Positions 39,801 through 51,199 of a stretch of DNA of 64,000 nt are shown piece by piece (position 1 is the stretch's first letter; each line of letters begins with the position of its first letter). Origin of the DNA: Eledone cirrhosa (lineage: Eukaryota); NCBI GenBank assembly GCA_964016885.1, contig CAXHJY010000105.1:248001-312000 (forward strand). The letters run 5' to 3'. Below the pieces are notes generated by a model that saw only the letters and a program-made list of their open reading frames with translations, ran no database searches and had not been told where the DNA came from. A program made the position numbers and the translations under genes.

Positions 39801-42800
39801 TGTAAGAGAGAGAGGGGAAATGTGTGTGTGAGATAATGTGTGTATGTAAGCGAGAGAGGGGAAAAGTGTGTGAGAGAGAATGTGTGTATGTAAGAGAGAG
39901 AGGGGAAATGTGTGTGTGAGATAATGTGTGTATGTAAGAGAGAGAGGGGAAATGTGTGTGTGAGATAATGTGTGTATGTAATAGAGAGAGGCAATGTGTG
40001 TGAGAGAGAATGTGTGTATATAAGAGAGAGAGGGGAAATGTGTGTGGAGAGAATGTGTGTATGTAAGAGAGAGAGGGGAAATGTGTGTGCGAGATAATGT
40101 GTGTATGTAAGAGAGAGAGGGGAAATGTGTGTGAGAGAGAATGTGTGTATGTAAGAGAGAGAGGCAATGTGTGTGTGAGAGAATGTATGTATGTAAGAGA
40201 GAGAGGGGCAATGTGTGTGTGAGATAATGTGTGTATGTAAGAGAGAGAGGGGAAATGTGTGTGAGAGAGAATGTGTGTATGTAAGAGAGAGAGGGGAAAT
40301 GTGTGTTAGAGAGTATGTGTGTATGTAAGCGAGAGAGGGGAAATGTGTGTGAGAGATAATGTGTGTATGTAAGAGAGAGAGGGGAAATGTGTGTGAGAGA
40401 GAATGTGTGTATGTAAGAGATAGAGGGGAAATGTGTGTGAGAGAGAATGTGTGTATGTAAGAGAGAGAGGGGAAATGTGTGTGAGAGAGAATGTGTGTAT
40501 GTAAGAGAGAGAGGGGAAATGTGTGTGAGAGAGAATGTGTGTATGTAAGAGAGAGAGGCAATGTGTGTGAGAGAGAATGTGTGTATGTAAGAGAGAGAGG
40601 GGAAATGTGTGTGAGAGAGAATGTGTGTATGTAAGAGAGAGAGGGGAAATGTGTGTGAGAGAGAATGTGTGTATGTAAGAGAGAGAGAGGGGAAATGTGT
40701 GTGAGAGAGAATGTGTGTATGTAAGAGAGAGAGGGGAAATGTGTGTGAGAGATAATGTGTGTATGTAAGAGAGAGAGGGGAAATGTGTGTGAGAGATAAT
40801 GTGTGTATGTAAGAGAGAGAGAGGAAATGTGTGTGAGAGAGAATGTGTGTATGTAAGAGAGAGAGGAGAAATGTGTGTGTGAGATAATGTGTGTATGTAA
40901 GAGAGAGAGGCAATGTGTGTGAGAGAGAATGTGTGTATGTAAGAGAGAGAGGGGAAATGTGTGTGAGAGAGAATGTGTGTATGTAAGAGAGAGAGGCAAT
41001 GTGTGTGAGAGAGAATGTGTGTATGTAAGAGAGAGAGGGGAAATGTGTGTGAGAGAGAATGTGTGTATGTAAGAGAGAGAGGGGAAATGTGTGTGAGAGA
41101 GAATGTGTGTATGTAAGAGAGAGGGGGGGAAATGTGTGTGAGAGAGAATGTGTGTATGTAAGAGAGAGAGGGGAAATGTGTGTGAGAGAGAATGTGTGTA
41201 TGTAAGAGAGAGAGGCAATGTGTGTGAGAGAGAATGTGTGTATGTAAGAGAGAGGGGGGGAAATGTGTGTGAGAGAGAATGTGTGTATGTAAGAGAGAGA
41301 GGCAATGTGTGTGAGAGATAATGTGTGTATGTGTGAGAGATAATGTGTGTATCTGTGAGAGAGAATGTGTGTTCGTAAGAGAGGGAGGCAATGTGTGTGA
41401 GAGATAATGTGTGTATGTAAGAGAGAGAGGCAATGTGTGTGAGAGAGAATGTGTGTATGTAAGAGAGAGAGGCAATGTGTGTATCTGAGAGAGAGAGGCA
41501 ATGTGTGTGAGAGAGAATGTGTGTATGTAAGAGAGAGAGGCAATGTGTGTGAGAGAGAATGTGTGTATGTAAGAGAGAGAGAGGGGAAATGTGTGTGAGA
41601 GAGAATGTGTGTATGTAAGAGAGAGAGGGGCGATGTGTGTGAGAGACAATGTTTGTATGTAAGAGAGAGAGGGGAAATGTGTGTGAGAGAGAATGTGTGT
41701 ATGTAAGAGAGAGAGGGGAAATGTGTGTGAGAGAGAATGTGTGTATGTAAGAGAGAGAGGGGAATGTGTGTGTGAGATAATGTGTGTATGTAAGAGAGAG
41801 AGGGGAAATGTGTGTGAGAGAGAATGTGTGTATGTAAGACGGAGAGGGGAAATGTGTGTGAGAGATAATGTGTGTATGTAAGAGAGAGAGGGGAAATGTG
41901 TGTGAGAGAGAATGTGTGTATGTAAGAGAGAGAGGGGAAATGTGTGTGAGAGATAATGTGTGTATGTGTGAGAGAGAATGTGTGTTCGTAAGAGACGGTG
42001 GCAATGTGTGTGAGAGATAATGTGTGTATGTAAGAGAGAGAGGCAATGTGTGTGAGAGAGAATGTGTGTACGTAAGAGAGAGAGGCAATGTGTGTATCTG
42101 AGAGAGAGAGGCAATGTGTGTGAGAGAGAATGTGTGTATGCAAGAGACAGAGGCAATGTGTGTGAGGGAGAATGTGTGTATGTAAGAGAGAGAGAGTGGA
42201 AATGTGTGTGAGAGAGAATGTGTGTATGTAAGAGAGAGAGGGGCGATGTGTGTGAGAGAGAATGTGTGTATGTAAGAGAGAGAGGGGAAATGTGTGTGAG
42301 AGAGAATGTGTGTATGTAAGAGAGAGAGGGGAAATGTGTGTGAGAGAGAATGTGTGTATGTAAGAGAGAGAGGGGAATGTATGTGTGAGATAATGTGTGT
42401 ATGTAAGAGAGAGAGGGGAAATGTGTGTGAGTGAGAATGTGTGTATGTAAGACAGAGAGGGGAAATGTGTGTGAGAGAGAATGTGTGTATGTAAGAGAGA
42501 GAGGGGAAATGTGTGTGAGAGAGAATGTGTGTATGTAAGAGAGAGAGGGGAAATGTGTGTGAGAGATAATGTGTGTATGTAAGAGAGAGAGGGGAAATGT
42601 GTGTGAGAGAGAATGTGTGTATGTAAGAGAGAGAGGGGAAATCTGTGTGAGAGAGAATGTGTGTATGTAAGAGAGAGAGGGGAAATGTGTGTGAGAGAGA
42701 ATGTGTGTATGTAAGAGAGAGAGGGGAAATGTGTTTCAGAGAGAATGTGTGTATGTAAGAGAGAGAGGGGAAATGTGTGTGAGAGAGTATGTGTGTATGT

Positions 42801-45800
42801 AAGAGAGAGAGGCAATGTGTGTGAGTGATAATGTGTGTATGTGTGAGAGATAATGTGTGTATGTGTGGGAGACAATGTGTGTTCGTAAGAGAGGGAGGCA
42901 ATGTGTGTGAGAGATAATGTGTGTATGTAAGAGAGAGAGGCAATGTGTGTGAGAGAGAATGTGTGTATGTAAGAGAGAGAGGCAATGTGTGTATGTAAGA
43001 GAGAGAGGCAATGTGTGTGAGAGAGAATGTGTGTATGTAAGAGAGAGAGGCAATGTGTGTGAGAGAGAATATGTGTATGTAACAGAGAGAGAGGGGAAAT
43101 GTGTGTGAGAGAGAATGTGTGTATGTAAGAGAGAGAGCGGCAATGTGTGTGAGAGATAATGTGTGTATGTAAGAGAGGGAGGCAATGTGTGTGTGAGATA
43201 ATATGTGTATGTAAGAGAGAGAGAGAGGCAATGTGTGTGTGAGATAATGTGTGTATGTAAGAGAGAGAGAGGAAATGTGTGTGTGAGATAATGTGTGTAT
43301 GTAAGAGAGAGAGGCAATGTGTGTGAGAGAAAACGTGTGTATGTAAGAGAGAGAGGGGAAGTGTGTGTGAGAGAGAATGTGTGTATGTAAGAGAGAGAGG
43401 CAATGTGTGTGAGAGAGAATGTGTGTATGTAAGAGAGAGGGGGGAAATGTGTGTGAGATAGAATGTGTGTATGTAAGAGAGAGAGGGGAAATGTGTGTGT
43501 GAGATAATGTGTGTATGTAAGAGAGAGAGGGGAAATGTGTGTGAGAGAGAATGTGTGTATGTAAGAGAGAGAGGGGAAATGTGTGTGTGAGATAATGTGT
43601 GTATGTAAGAGAGAGAGGGGAAATGTGTGTGTGAGATAATGTGTGTATGTAATAGAGAGAGGCAATGTGTGTGAGAGAGAATGTGTGTATGTAAAAGAGA
43701 GAGGGGAAATGTGTGTGAGAGAGAATGTGTGTATGTAAGAGAGAGAGGCAATGTGTGTGAGAGAGAATGTGTGTATGTAAGAGAGAGGGGCAATGTGTGT
43801 GAGAGAGAATGTGTGTATGTAAGAGAGAGAGGCAATGTGTGTGAGAGAGAATGTGTGTATGTAAGAGAGGGAGGCAATGTGTGTGAGAGAGAATGTGTGT
43901 ATGTAAGAGAGAGAGGCAATGTGTGTGAGAGAGAATGTGTGTATGTAAGAGAGAGAGGGGAAATGTGTGTGAGAGATAATGTGTGTATGTAAGAGAGAGA
44001 GGGGAAATGTGTGTGAGAGATAATGTGTGTATGTAAGAGAGAGAGAGGAAATGTGTGTGAGAGAGAATGTGTGTATGTAAGAGAGAGAGGAGAAATGTGT
44101 GTGAGAGATAATGTGTGTATGTAAGAGAGAGAGAGGAAATGTGTGTGAGAGAGAATGTGTGTATGTAAGAGAGAGAGGCAATGTGTGTGAGAGATAATGT
44201 GTGTATGTGTGAGAGAGAATGTGTGTGAGAGAGAATGTGTGTATGTAAGAGAGAGAGGGGAAATGTGTGTGAGAGAGAATGTGTGTTCGTAAGAGAGGGA
44301 GGCAATGTGTGTGAGAGATAATGTGTGTATGTAAGAGAGAGAGGCAATGTGTGTGAGAGAGAATGTGTGTATGTAAGAGAGAGAGGCAATGTGTGTATGT
44401 GAGAGAGAGAGGCAATGTGTGTGAGAGAGAATGTGTGTATGTAAGAGAGAGAGGCAATGTGTGTGAGAGAGAATGTGTGTATGTAAGAGAGAGAGGGGAA
44501 ATGTGTGTGAGAGAGAATGTGTGTGTATGTAAGAGAGGGAGGCAATGTGTGTGAGAGAGAATCTGTGTATGTAAGAGAGAGAGGGGAAATGTGTGTGAGA
44601 GAGAATGTGTGTATGTAAGAGAGAGAGGGGAAATGTGTGTGAGAGAGAATGTGTGTATGTAAGAGAGAGAGGGGAAATGTGTGTGAGAGAGAATGTGTGT
44701 ATGTAAGAGAGACAGAGGCAATGTGTGTGTGTGAGATAATGTGTGTATGTAAGAGAGAGAGGAGAAATGTGTGTGTGAGAGAATGTGTGTATGTAAGAGA
44801 GAGAGGCAATGTGTGTGTGAGATAATGTGTGTATGTAAGAGAGAGAGGGGAAATGTGTGTGAGAGAGAATGTGTGTATGTTATGAGATAGAGGGGAAATG
44901 TGTGTGAGATAATGTGTGTATGTAAGAGAGAGAGGCAATGTGTGTGTGAGATAATGTGTGTATGTAAGAGAGAGAGGGGAAATGTGTGTGAGAGAGAATG
45001 TGTGTATGTAAGAGAGAGGGGCAATGTGTGTGTGAGATAATGTGTGTATGTAAGAGAGAGAGGCAATGTGTGTTAGAGAGAATGTGTGTATGTAAGAGAG
45101 AGAGGGGAAATGTGTGTGAGAGAGAATGTGTGTATGTAAGAGAGAGAGGGGAAACGTGTGTGAGAGAGAATGTGTGTATGTAAGAGAGAGGGGCAATGTG
45201 TGTATGAGATAATGTGTGTATGTAAGAGAGAGAGGGGAAATGTGTGTGAGAGAGAATGTGTGTATGTAAGAAAGAGAGGGGAAATGTGTGTGTGAGATAA
45301 TTTGTGTATGTAAGAGAGAGAGGCAATGTGTGTGAGAGAGAATGTGTGTATGTAAGAGAGAGAGGGGAAATGTGTGTGAGAGAGAATGTGTGTATGTAAG
45401 AGAGGGAGGCAATGTGTGTGAGAGAGAATGATTGTATGTAAGAGAGAGAGGGGAAATGTGTGTGAGAGAGGATGTGTGTATGTAAGAGAGAGAGGGGAAT
45501 GTGTGTGTGAGATAATGTGTGTATGTAAGAGAGAGAGGGGAAATGTGTGTGAGAGAGAATGTGTGTATGTAAGAGAGAGAGGGGAAATTTGTGTGAGAGA
45601 GAATGTGTGTATGTAAGAGAGAGAGGGGAAATGTGTGTGAGAGATAATGTGTGTATGTAAGAGAGAGAGGGGAAATGTGTGTGAGAGAGAATGTGTGTAT
45701 GTAAGAGAGAGAGCGGAAATGTGTGTGAGAGAGAATGTGTGTATGTAAGAGAGAGAGGGGAAATGTGTGTGAGAGATAATGTGTGTATGTAAGAGAGAGA

Positions 45801-45983
45801 GGGGAAATGTGTGTGAGAGAGAATGTCTGTATGTAAGAGAGAGAGGAGAAATGTGTGTGAGATAATGTGTGTATGTAAGAGAGAGAGGGGAAATGTGTGT
45901 GAGAGATAATGTGTGTATGTAAGAGATAGAGGGGAAATGTGTGTGTGAGAGAATGTGTGTATGTAAGAGAGAGAGGCAATGTG

Positions 45984-46004
45984 TCATCATCATCATCATC
46001 ATCA
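45984..46004 (+). repeat. (TCA)7 microsatellite, the putative retroposon tail
   Basis: TCATCATCATCATCATCATCA read directly from the sequence. Confidence 0.95.
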
Positions 46005-46088
46005 GGTTTAGCGTCCATGTTCCACGCTTGCATGGGTTTGGACGGGGGTTTTCCCACTTGTGGCAAGAGTGGTTGTCTTGCTCGCATA

Positions 46089-46293
46089 GGACTGTCTGGC
46101 GGGTTTTCTACAGTTGGATGCCCTTCCTAACACACATTTACAGTGTGGGGCTGGGAGGTTTTTACCGTGTTGCCTACACGGCCACATTACAGCGTGGACT
46201 GTCTGGCGCGTTTTCTACAGCTGGATGCCCTTCCTAACACCAACCACATTTACAGTGTGGGGCTGGGAGGTTTTTACCGTGTTGCCTACACGG
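46089..46293 (+). repeat. Direct repeat inside the insertion: 46089-46181 (93 bp) and 46196-46293 (98 bp), starts 107 bp apart
   Basis: Both copies read GGACTGTCTGGCG(G/C)GTTTTCTACAG(T/C)TGGATGCCCTTCCTAACAC...ACATTTACAGTGTGGGGCTGGGAGGTTTTTACCGTGTTGCCTACACGG. They differ by two substitutions and a 5-bp indel. Confidence 0.95.
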
Positions 46294-49200
46294 TGTGTGT
46301 GAGATAATGTGTGTATGTAAGAGAGAGAGGAGAAATGTGTGTGAGATAATGTGTGTATGTAAGAGAGGGAGGCAATGTGTGTGAGAGAGAATGTGTGTAT
46401 GTAAGAGAGAGAGGGGAAATGTGTGTATGTAAGAGAGAGAGGGGAATGTGTGTGTGAGATAATGTGTGTATGTAAGAGAGAGAGGGGAAATGTGTGTGAG
46501 AGAGAATGTGTGTATGTAAGAGAAAGAGGGGAAATGTGTGTGAGAGAGAATGTGTGTATGTAAGAGAGAGAGGGGAAATGTGTGTGAGAGAGAATGTGTG
46601 TATGTAAGAGAGAGAGAGGGGAAATGTGTGTGAGAGAGAATGTGTGTATGTAAGAGAGAGAGGGGAAATGTGTGTGAGAGATAATGTGTGTATGTAAGAG
46701 AGAGAGGCAATGTGTGTGAGAGATAATGTGTGTATGTGTGAGAGATAATGTGTGTATGTGTGAGAGAGAATGTGTGTTCGTAAGAGAGGGAGGCAATGTG
46801 TGTGAGAGATAGTGTGTGTATGTAAGAGAGAGAGGCAATGTGTGTGAGAGAGAATGTGTGTATGTAAGTGTGAGAGGCAATGTCTGTATGTGAGAGAGAG
46901 AGAGGCAATGTGTGTGAGAGAGAATGTGTGTATGTAAGAGAGAGAGGCAATGTGTGTGAGAGAGAATGTGTGTATGTAAGAGAGAGAGAGGGGAAATGTG
47001 TATGAGAGAGAATGTGTGTATGTAAGAGAGAGAGGGGCAATGTGTGTGAGAGAGAATGTGTGTATGTAAGAGAGAGAGGGGAAATGTGTGTGAGAGAGAA
47101 TGTGTGTATGTAAGAGAGGGAGGCAATGTGTGTGAGAGAGAATGTGTGTATGTAAGAGAGAGAGGGGAAATGTGTGTGAGAGAGAATGTGTGTATGTAAG
47201 AGAGAGAGGGGAATGTGTGTGTGAGATAATGTGTGTATGTAAGAGAGAGAGGGAAAATGTGTGTGAGAGAGAATGTGTGTATGTAAGAGAGAGAGGGGAA
47301 ATGTGTGTGACAGAGAATGTGTGTATGTAAGATAGAGAGGGGAAATGTGTGTGAGAGAGAATGTGTGTATGTAAGAGAGAGAGGGGAAATGTGTGTGAGA
47401 GATAATGTGTGTATGTAAGAGAGAGAGGGGAAATGTGTGTGAGAGAGAATGTGTGTATGTAAGAGAGAGAGGGGAAATGTGTGTGAGAGAGAATGTGTGT
47501 ATGTAAGAGAGAGAGGGGAATGTGTGTGAGAGAGAATGTGTTTATGTAAGAGAGAGAGGGGAAATGTGTGTGAGAGAGAATGTGTGTATGTAAGAGAGAG
47601 AGGGGAAATGTGTTTGAGAGAGAATGTGTGTATGTAAGAGAGAGAGGGGAAATGTGTGTGTGAGATAATGTGTGTATGTAAGAGAGAGAGGGGAAATGTG
47701 AGTGTGAGATAATGTGTGTATGTAAGAGAGAGAGGGGAAATGTGTGTGAGAGAGAATGTGTGTATGTAAGAGAGAGGGGCAATGTGCGTGTGAGATAATG
47801 TGTGTATGTAAGAGAGAGAGACAATGTGTGTTAGAGAGAATGTGTGTATGTAAGAGAGAGAGGTGAAATGTGTGTGAGAGAGAATGTGTGTATGTAAGAG
47901 AGAGAGGGGAAACGTGTGTGAGAGAGAATGTGTGTATGTAAGAGAGAGGGGCAATGTGTGTGTGAGATAATGTGTGTATGTAAGAGAGAGAGGCAATGTG
48001 TGTGAGAGAGAATGTGTGTATGTAAGAGAGAGAGGGGAAATGTGTGTGAGAGAGAATGTGTGTATGTAAGAAAGAGAGGGGAAATGTGTGTGTGAGATAA
48101 TTTGTGTATGTAAGAGAGAGAGGTAATGTGTGTGAGAGAGAATGTGTGTATGTAAGAGAGAGAGGGGAAATGTGTGTGGAGAGAATGTGTGTATGTAAGA
48201 GAGAGAGGGGAAATGTGTGTGCGAGATAATGTGTGTATGTAAGAGAGAGAGGGGAAATGTGTGTGAGAGAGAATGTGTGTATGTAAGAGAGAGAGAGGCA
48301 ATGTGTGTGTGAGAGAATGTATGTATGTAAGAGAGAGAGGGGCAATGTGTGTGTGAGATAATGTGTGTATGTAAGAGAGAGAGGGGAAATGTGTGTGAGA
48401 GAGAATGTGTGTATGTAAGAGAGAGAGGGGAAATGTGTGTGAGAGAGAATGTGTGTATGTAAGAGAGAGAGGGGAAATGTGTGTGAGAGATAATGTGTGT
48501 ATGTAAGAGAGAGAGGGGAAATGTGTGTGAGAGAGAATGTGTGTATGTAAGAGAGAGAGCGGAAATGTGTGTGAGAGAGAATGTGTGTATGTAAGAGAGA
48601 GAGGGGAAATGTGTGTGAGAGATAATGTGTGTATGTAAGAGAGAGAGGGGAAATGTGTGTGAGAGATAATGTGTGTATGTAAGAGAGAGAGGGGAAATGT
48701 GTGTGAGAGATAATGTGTGTATGTAAGAGAGAGAGGGGAAATGTGTGTGAGAGAGAATGTGTGTATGTAAGAGAGAGAGGGGAAATGTGTGTGAGAGATA
48801 ATGTGTGTATGTAAGAGAGAGAGGGGAAATGTGTGTGAGAGAGAATGTGTGTATGTAAGAGAGAGAGGGGAAATGTGTGTGAGAGATAATGTGTGTATGT
48901 AAGAGAGAGAGGGGAAATGTGTGTGAGAGAGAATGTGTGTATGTAAGAGAGAGAGCGGAAATGTGTGTGAGAGAGAATGTGTGTATGTAAGAGAGAGAGG
49001 GGAAATGTGTGTGAGAGAGAATGTGTGTATGTAAGAGAGAGAGGGGAAATGTGTGTGAGAGAGAATGTGTGTATGTAAGAGAGAGAGGGGAAATGTGTGT
49101 GAGAGAGAATGTATGTATGTAAGAGAGAGAGGGGCAATGTGTGTGTGAGATAATGTGTGTATGTAAGAGAGAGAGGGGAAATGTGTGTGAGAGAGAATGT

Positions 49201-51199
49201 GTGTATGTAAGAGAGAGAGGGGAAATGTGTGTGAGAGATAATGTGTGTATGTAAGAGAGAGAGGGGAAATGTGTGTGAGAGAGAATATGTGTATGTAAGA
49301 GAGAGAGCGGAAATGTGTGTGAGAGAGAATGTGTGTATGTAAGAGAGAGAGGGGAAATGTGTGTGAGAGATAATGTGTGTATGTAAGAGAGAGAGGGGAA
49401 ATGTGTGTGAGAGAGAATGTCTGTATGTAAGAGAGAGAGGGGAAATGTGTGTGAGAGAGAATGTGTGTATGTAAGAGAGAGAGGGGAAATGTGTGTGAGA
49501 GATAATGTGTGTATGTAAGAGAGAGAGGGGAAATGTGTGTGAGAGAGAATGTGTGTATGTAAGAGAGAGAGAGGGGAAATGTGTGTGAGAGAGAATGTGT
49601 GTATGTAAGAGAGAGAGGGGAAATGTGTGTGAGAGATAATGTGTGTATGTAAGAGAGAGAGAGAGGAAATGTGTGTGAGAGAGAATGTGTGTATGTAAGA
49701 GAGAGAGGAGAAATGTGTGTGAGAGAGAATGTGTGTATGTAAGAGAGAGAGGCAATGTGTGTGAGAGAGAATGTGTGTATGTAAGAGAGAGAGGGGAAAT
49801 GTGTGTGAGAGAGAATGTGTGTATGTAAGAGAGAGAGGCGAAATGTGTGTGAGAGAGAATGTGTGTATGTAAGAGAGAGAGGGGAAATGTGTGTGAGAGA
49901 GAATGTGTGTATGTAAGAGAGAGAGGGGAAATGTGTGTGAGAGAGAATGTGTGTATATAAGAGAGAGAGGGGAAATGTGTGTGAGAGAGAATGTGTGTAT
50001 GTAAGAGAGAGAGGGGAAATGTGTGTGAGAGAGAATGTGTGTATGTAAGAGAGAGAGGGGAAATGTGTGTGAGAGAGAATGTGTGTATGTAAGAGAGAGA
50101 GGCGAAATGTGTGTGAGAGAGAATGTGTGTATGTAAGAGAGAGAGGGGAAATGTGTGTGAGAGATAATGTGTGTATGTAAGAGAGAGAGGGGAAATGTGT
50201 GTGAGAGAGAATGTGTGTATGTAAGAGAGAGAGGGGAAATGTGTGTGAGAGAGAATGTGTGTATGTAAGAGAGAGAGGGGAAATGTGTTTAAGAGAGAAT
50301 GTGTGTATGTAAGAGAGAGAGGGGAAATGTGTGTGAGAGAGTATGTGTGTATGTAAGAGAGAGAGGCAATGTGTGTGAGTGATAATGTGTGTATGTGTGA
50401 GAGATAATGTGTGTATGTGTGAGAGACAATGTGTGTTCGTAAGAGAGGGAGGCAATGTGTGTGAGAGATAATGTGTGTATGTAAGAGAGAGAGGCAATGT
50501 GTGTATGTAAGAGAGAGAGGCAATGTGTGTGAGAGAGAATGTGTGTATGTAAGAGAGAGAGGCAATGTGTGTGAGAGAGAATATGTGTATGTAACAGAGA
50601 GAGAGGGGAAATGTGTGTGAGAGAGAATGTGTGTATGTAAGAGAGAGAGCGGCAATGTGTGTGAGAGATAATGTGTGTATGTAAGAGAGGGAGGCAATGT
50701 GTGTGTGAGATAGTGTGTGTATGTAAGAGAGAGAGAGAGGCAATGTGTGTGTGAGATAATGTGTGTATGTAAGAGACAGAGAGGAAATGTGTGTGTGAGA
50801 TAATGTGTGTATGTAAGAGAGAGAAGCAATGTGTGTGAGAGAAAACGTGTGTATGTAAGAGAGAGAGGGGAAGTGTGTGTGAGAGAGAATGTGTGTATGT
50901 AAGAGAGAGAGGCAATGTGTGTGAGAGAGAATGTGTGTATGTAAGAGAGAGGGGGGAAATGTGTGTGAGAGAGAATGTGTGTATGTAAGAGAGAGAGGGG
51001 AAATGTGTGTGTGAGATAATGTGTGTTTGTAAGAGAGAGAGGGGAAATGTGTGTGAGAGAGAATGTGTGTATGTAAGAGAGAGAGGGGAAATGTGTGTGT
51101 GAGATAATGTGTGTATGTAAGAGAGAGAAGGGAAATGTGTGTGTGAGATAATGTGTGTATGTAATAGAGAGAGGCAATGTGTGTGAGAGTGAATGTGTG

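Larger units (their letters stand above)
45984..46293 (-). mobile_element. ~310-bp SINE/LINE-tail-like retroposon fragment with a (TGA)7 3' tail on the minus strand, apparently 5'-truncated or rearranged
   Basis: Non-satellite island starting with (TCA)7 at 45984-46004, followed by GGTTTAGCGTCCATGTTCCACGCTTGCATGGGTTTGGACGG and two copies of TTCTACAG(T/C)TGGATGCCCTTCCTAACAC. A simple-repeat tail at one end is typical of non-LTR retroposons. The AGGAAGGGCATCCAGCTGTAGAAA motif on the minus strand is recalled from cephalopod and other animal SINEs (unverified). The satellite resumes in register on the far side. Confidence 0.7.

Noticed and set aside
46089-46293. Repeat-spacer-repeat arrangement as a possible CRISPR-like array
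   Set aside because: There are only two copies, the repeats (93-98 bp) are far too long, the spacer is 14 bp and resembles the repeat, there are no cas genes, and the context is eukaryotic satellite.
1398-46293. tRNA gene or Pol III A/B-box head in either insertion
   Set aside because: I could not identify a cloverleaf or convincing A/B boxes in either island. Both appear to lack a SINE head.
45939-46302. Short ORFs with non-repetitive peptide across the second insertion, including the N-terminus of the 3003-aa ORF starting at 46087
   Set aside because: They are chance translations of a non-coding retroposon-like fragment. There are no recognisable RT, endonuclease or transposase motifs, and the poly-S/I/D/M runs come from the (TCA)7 tract.
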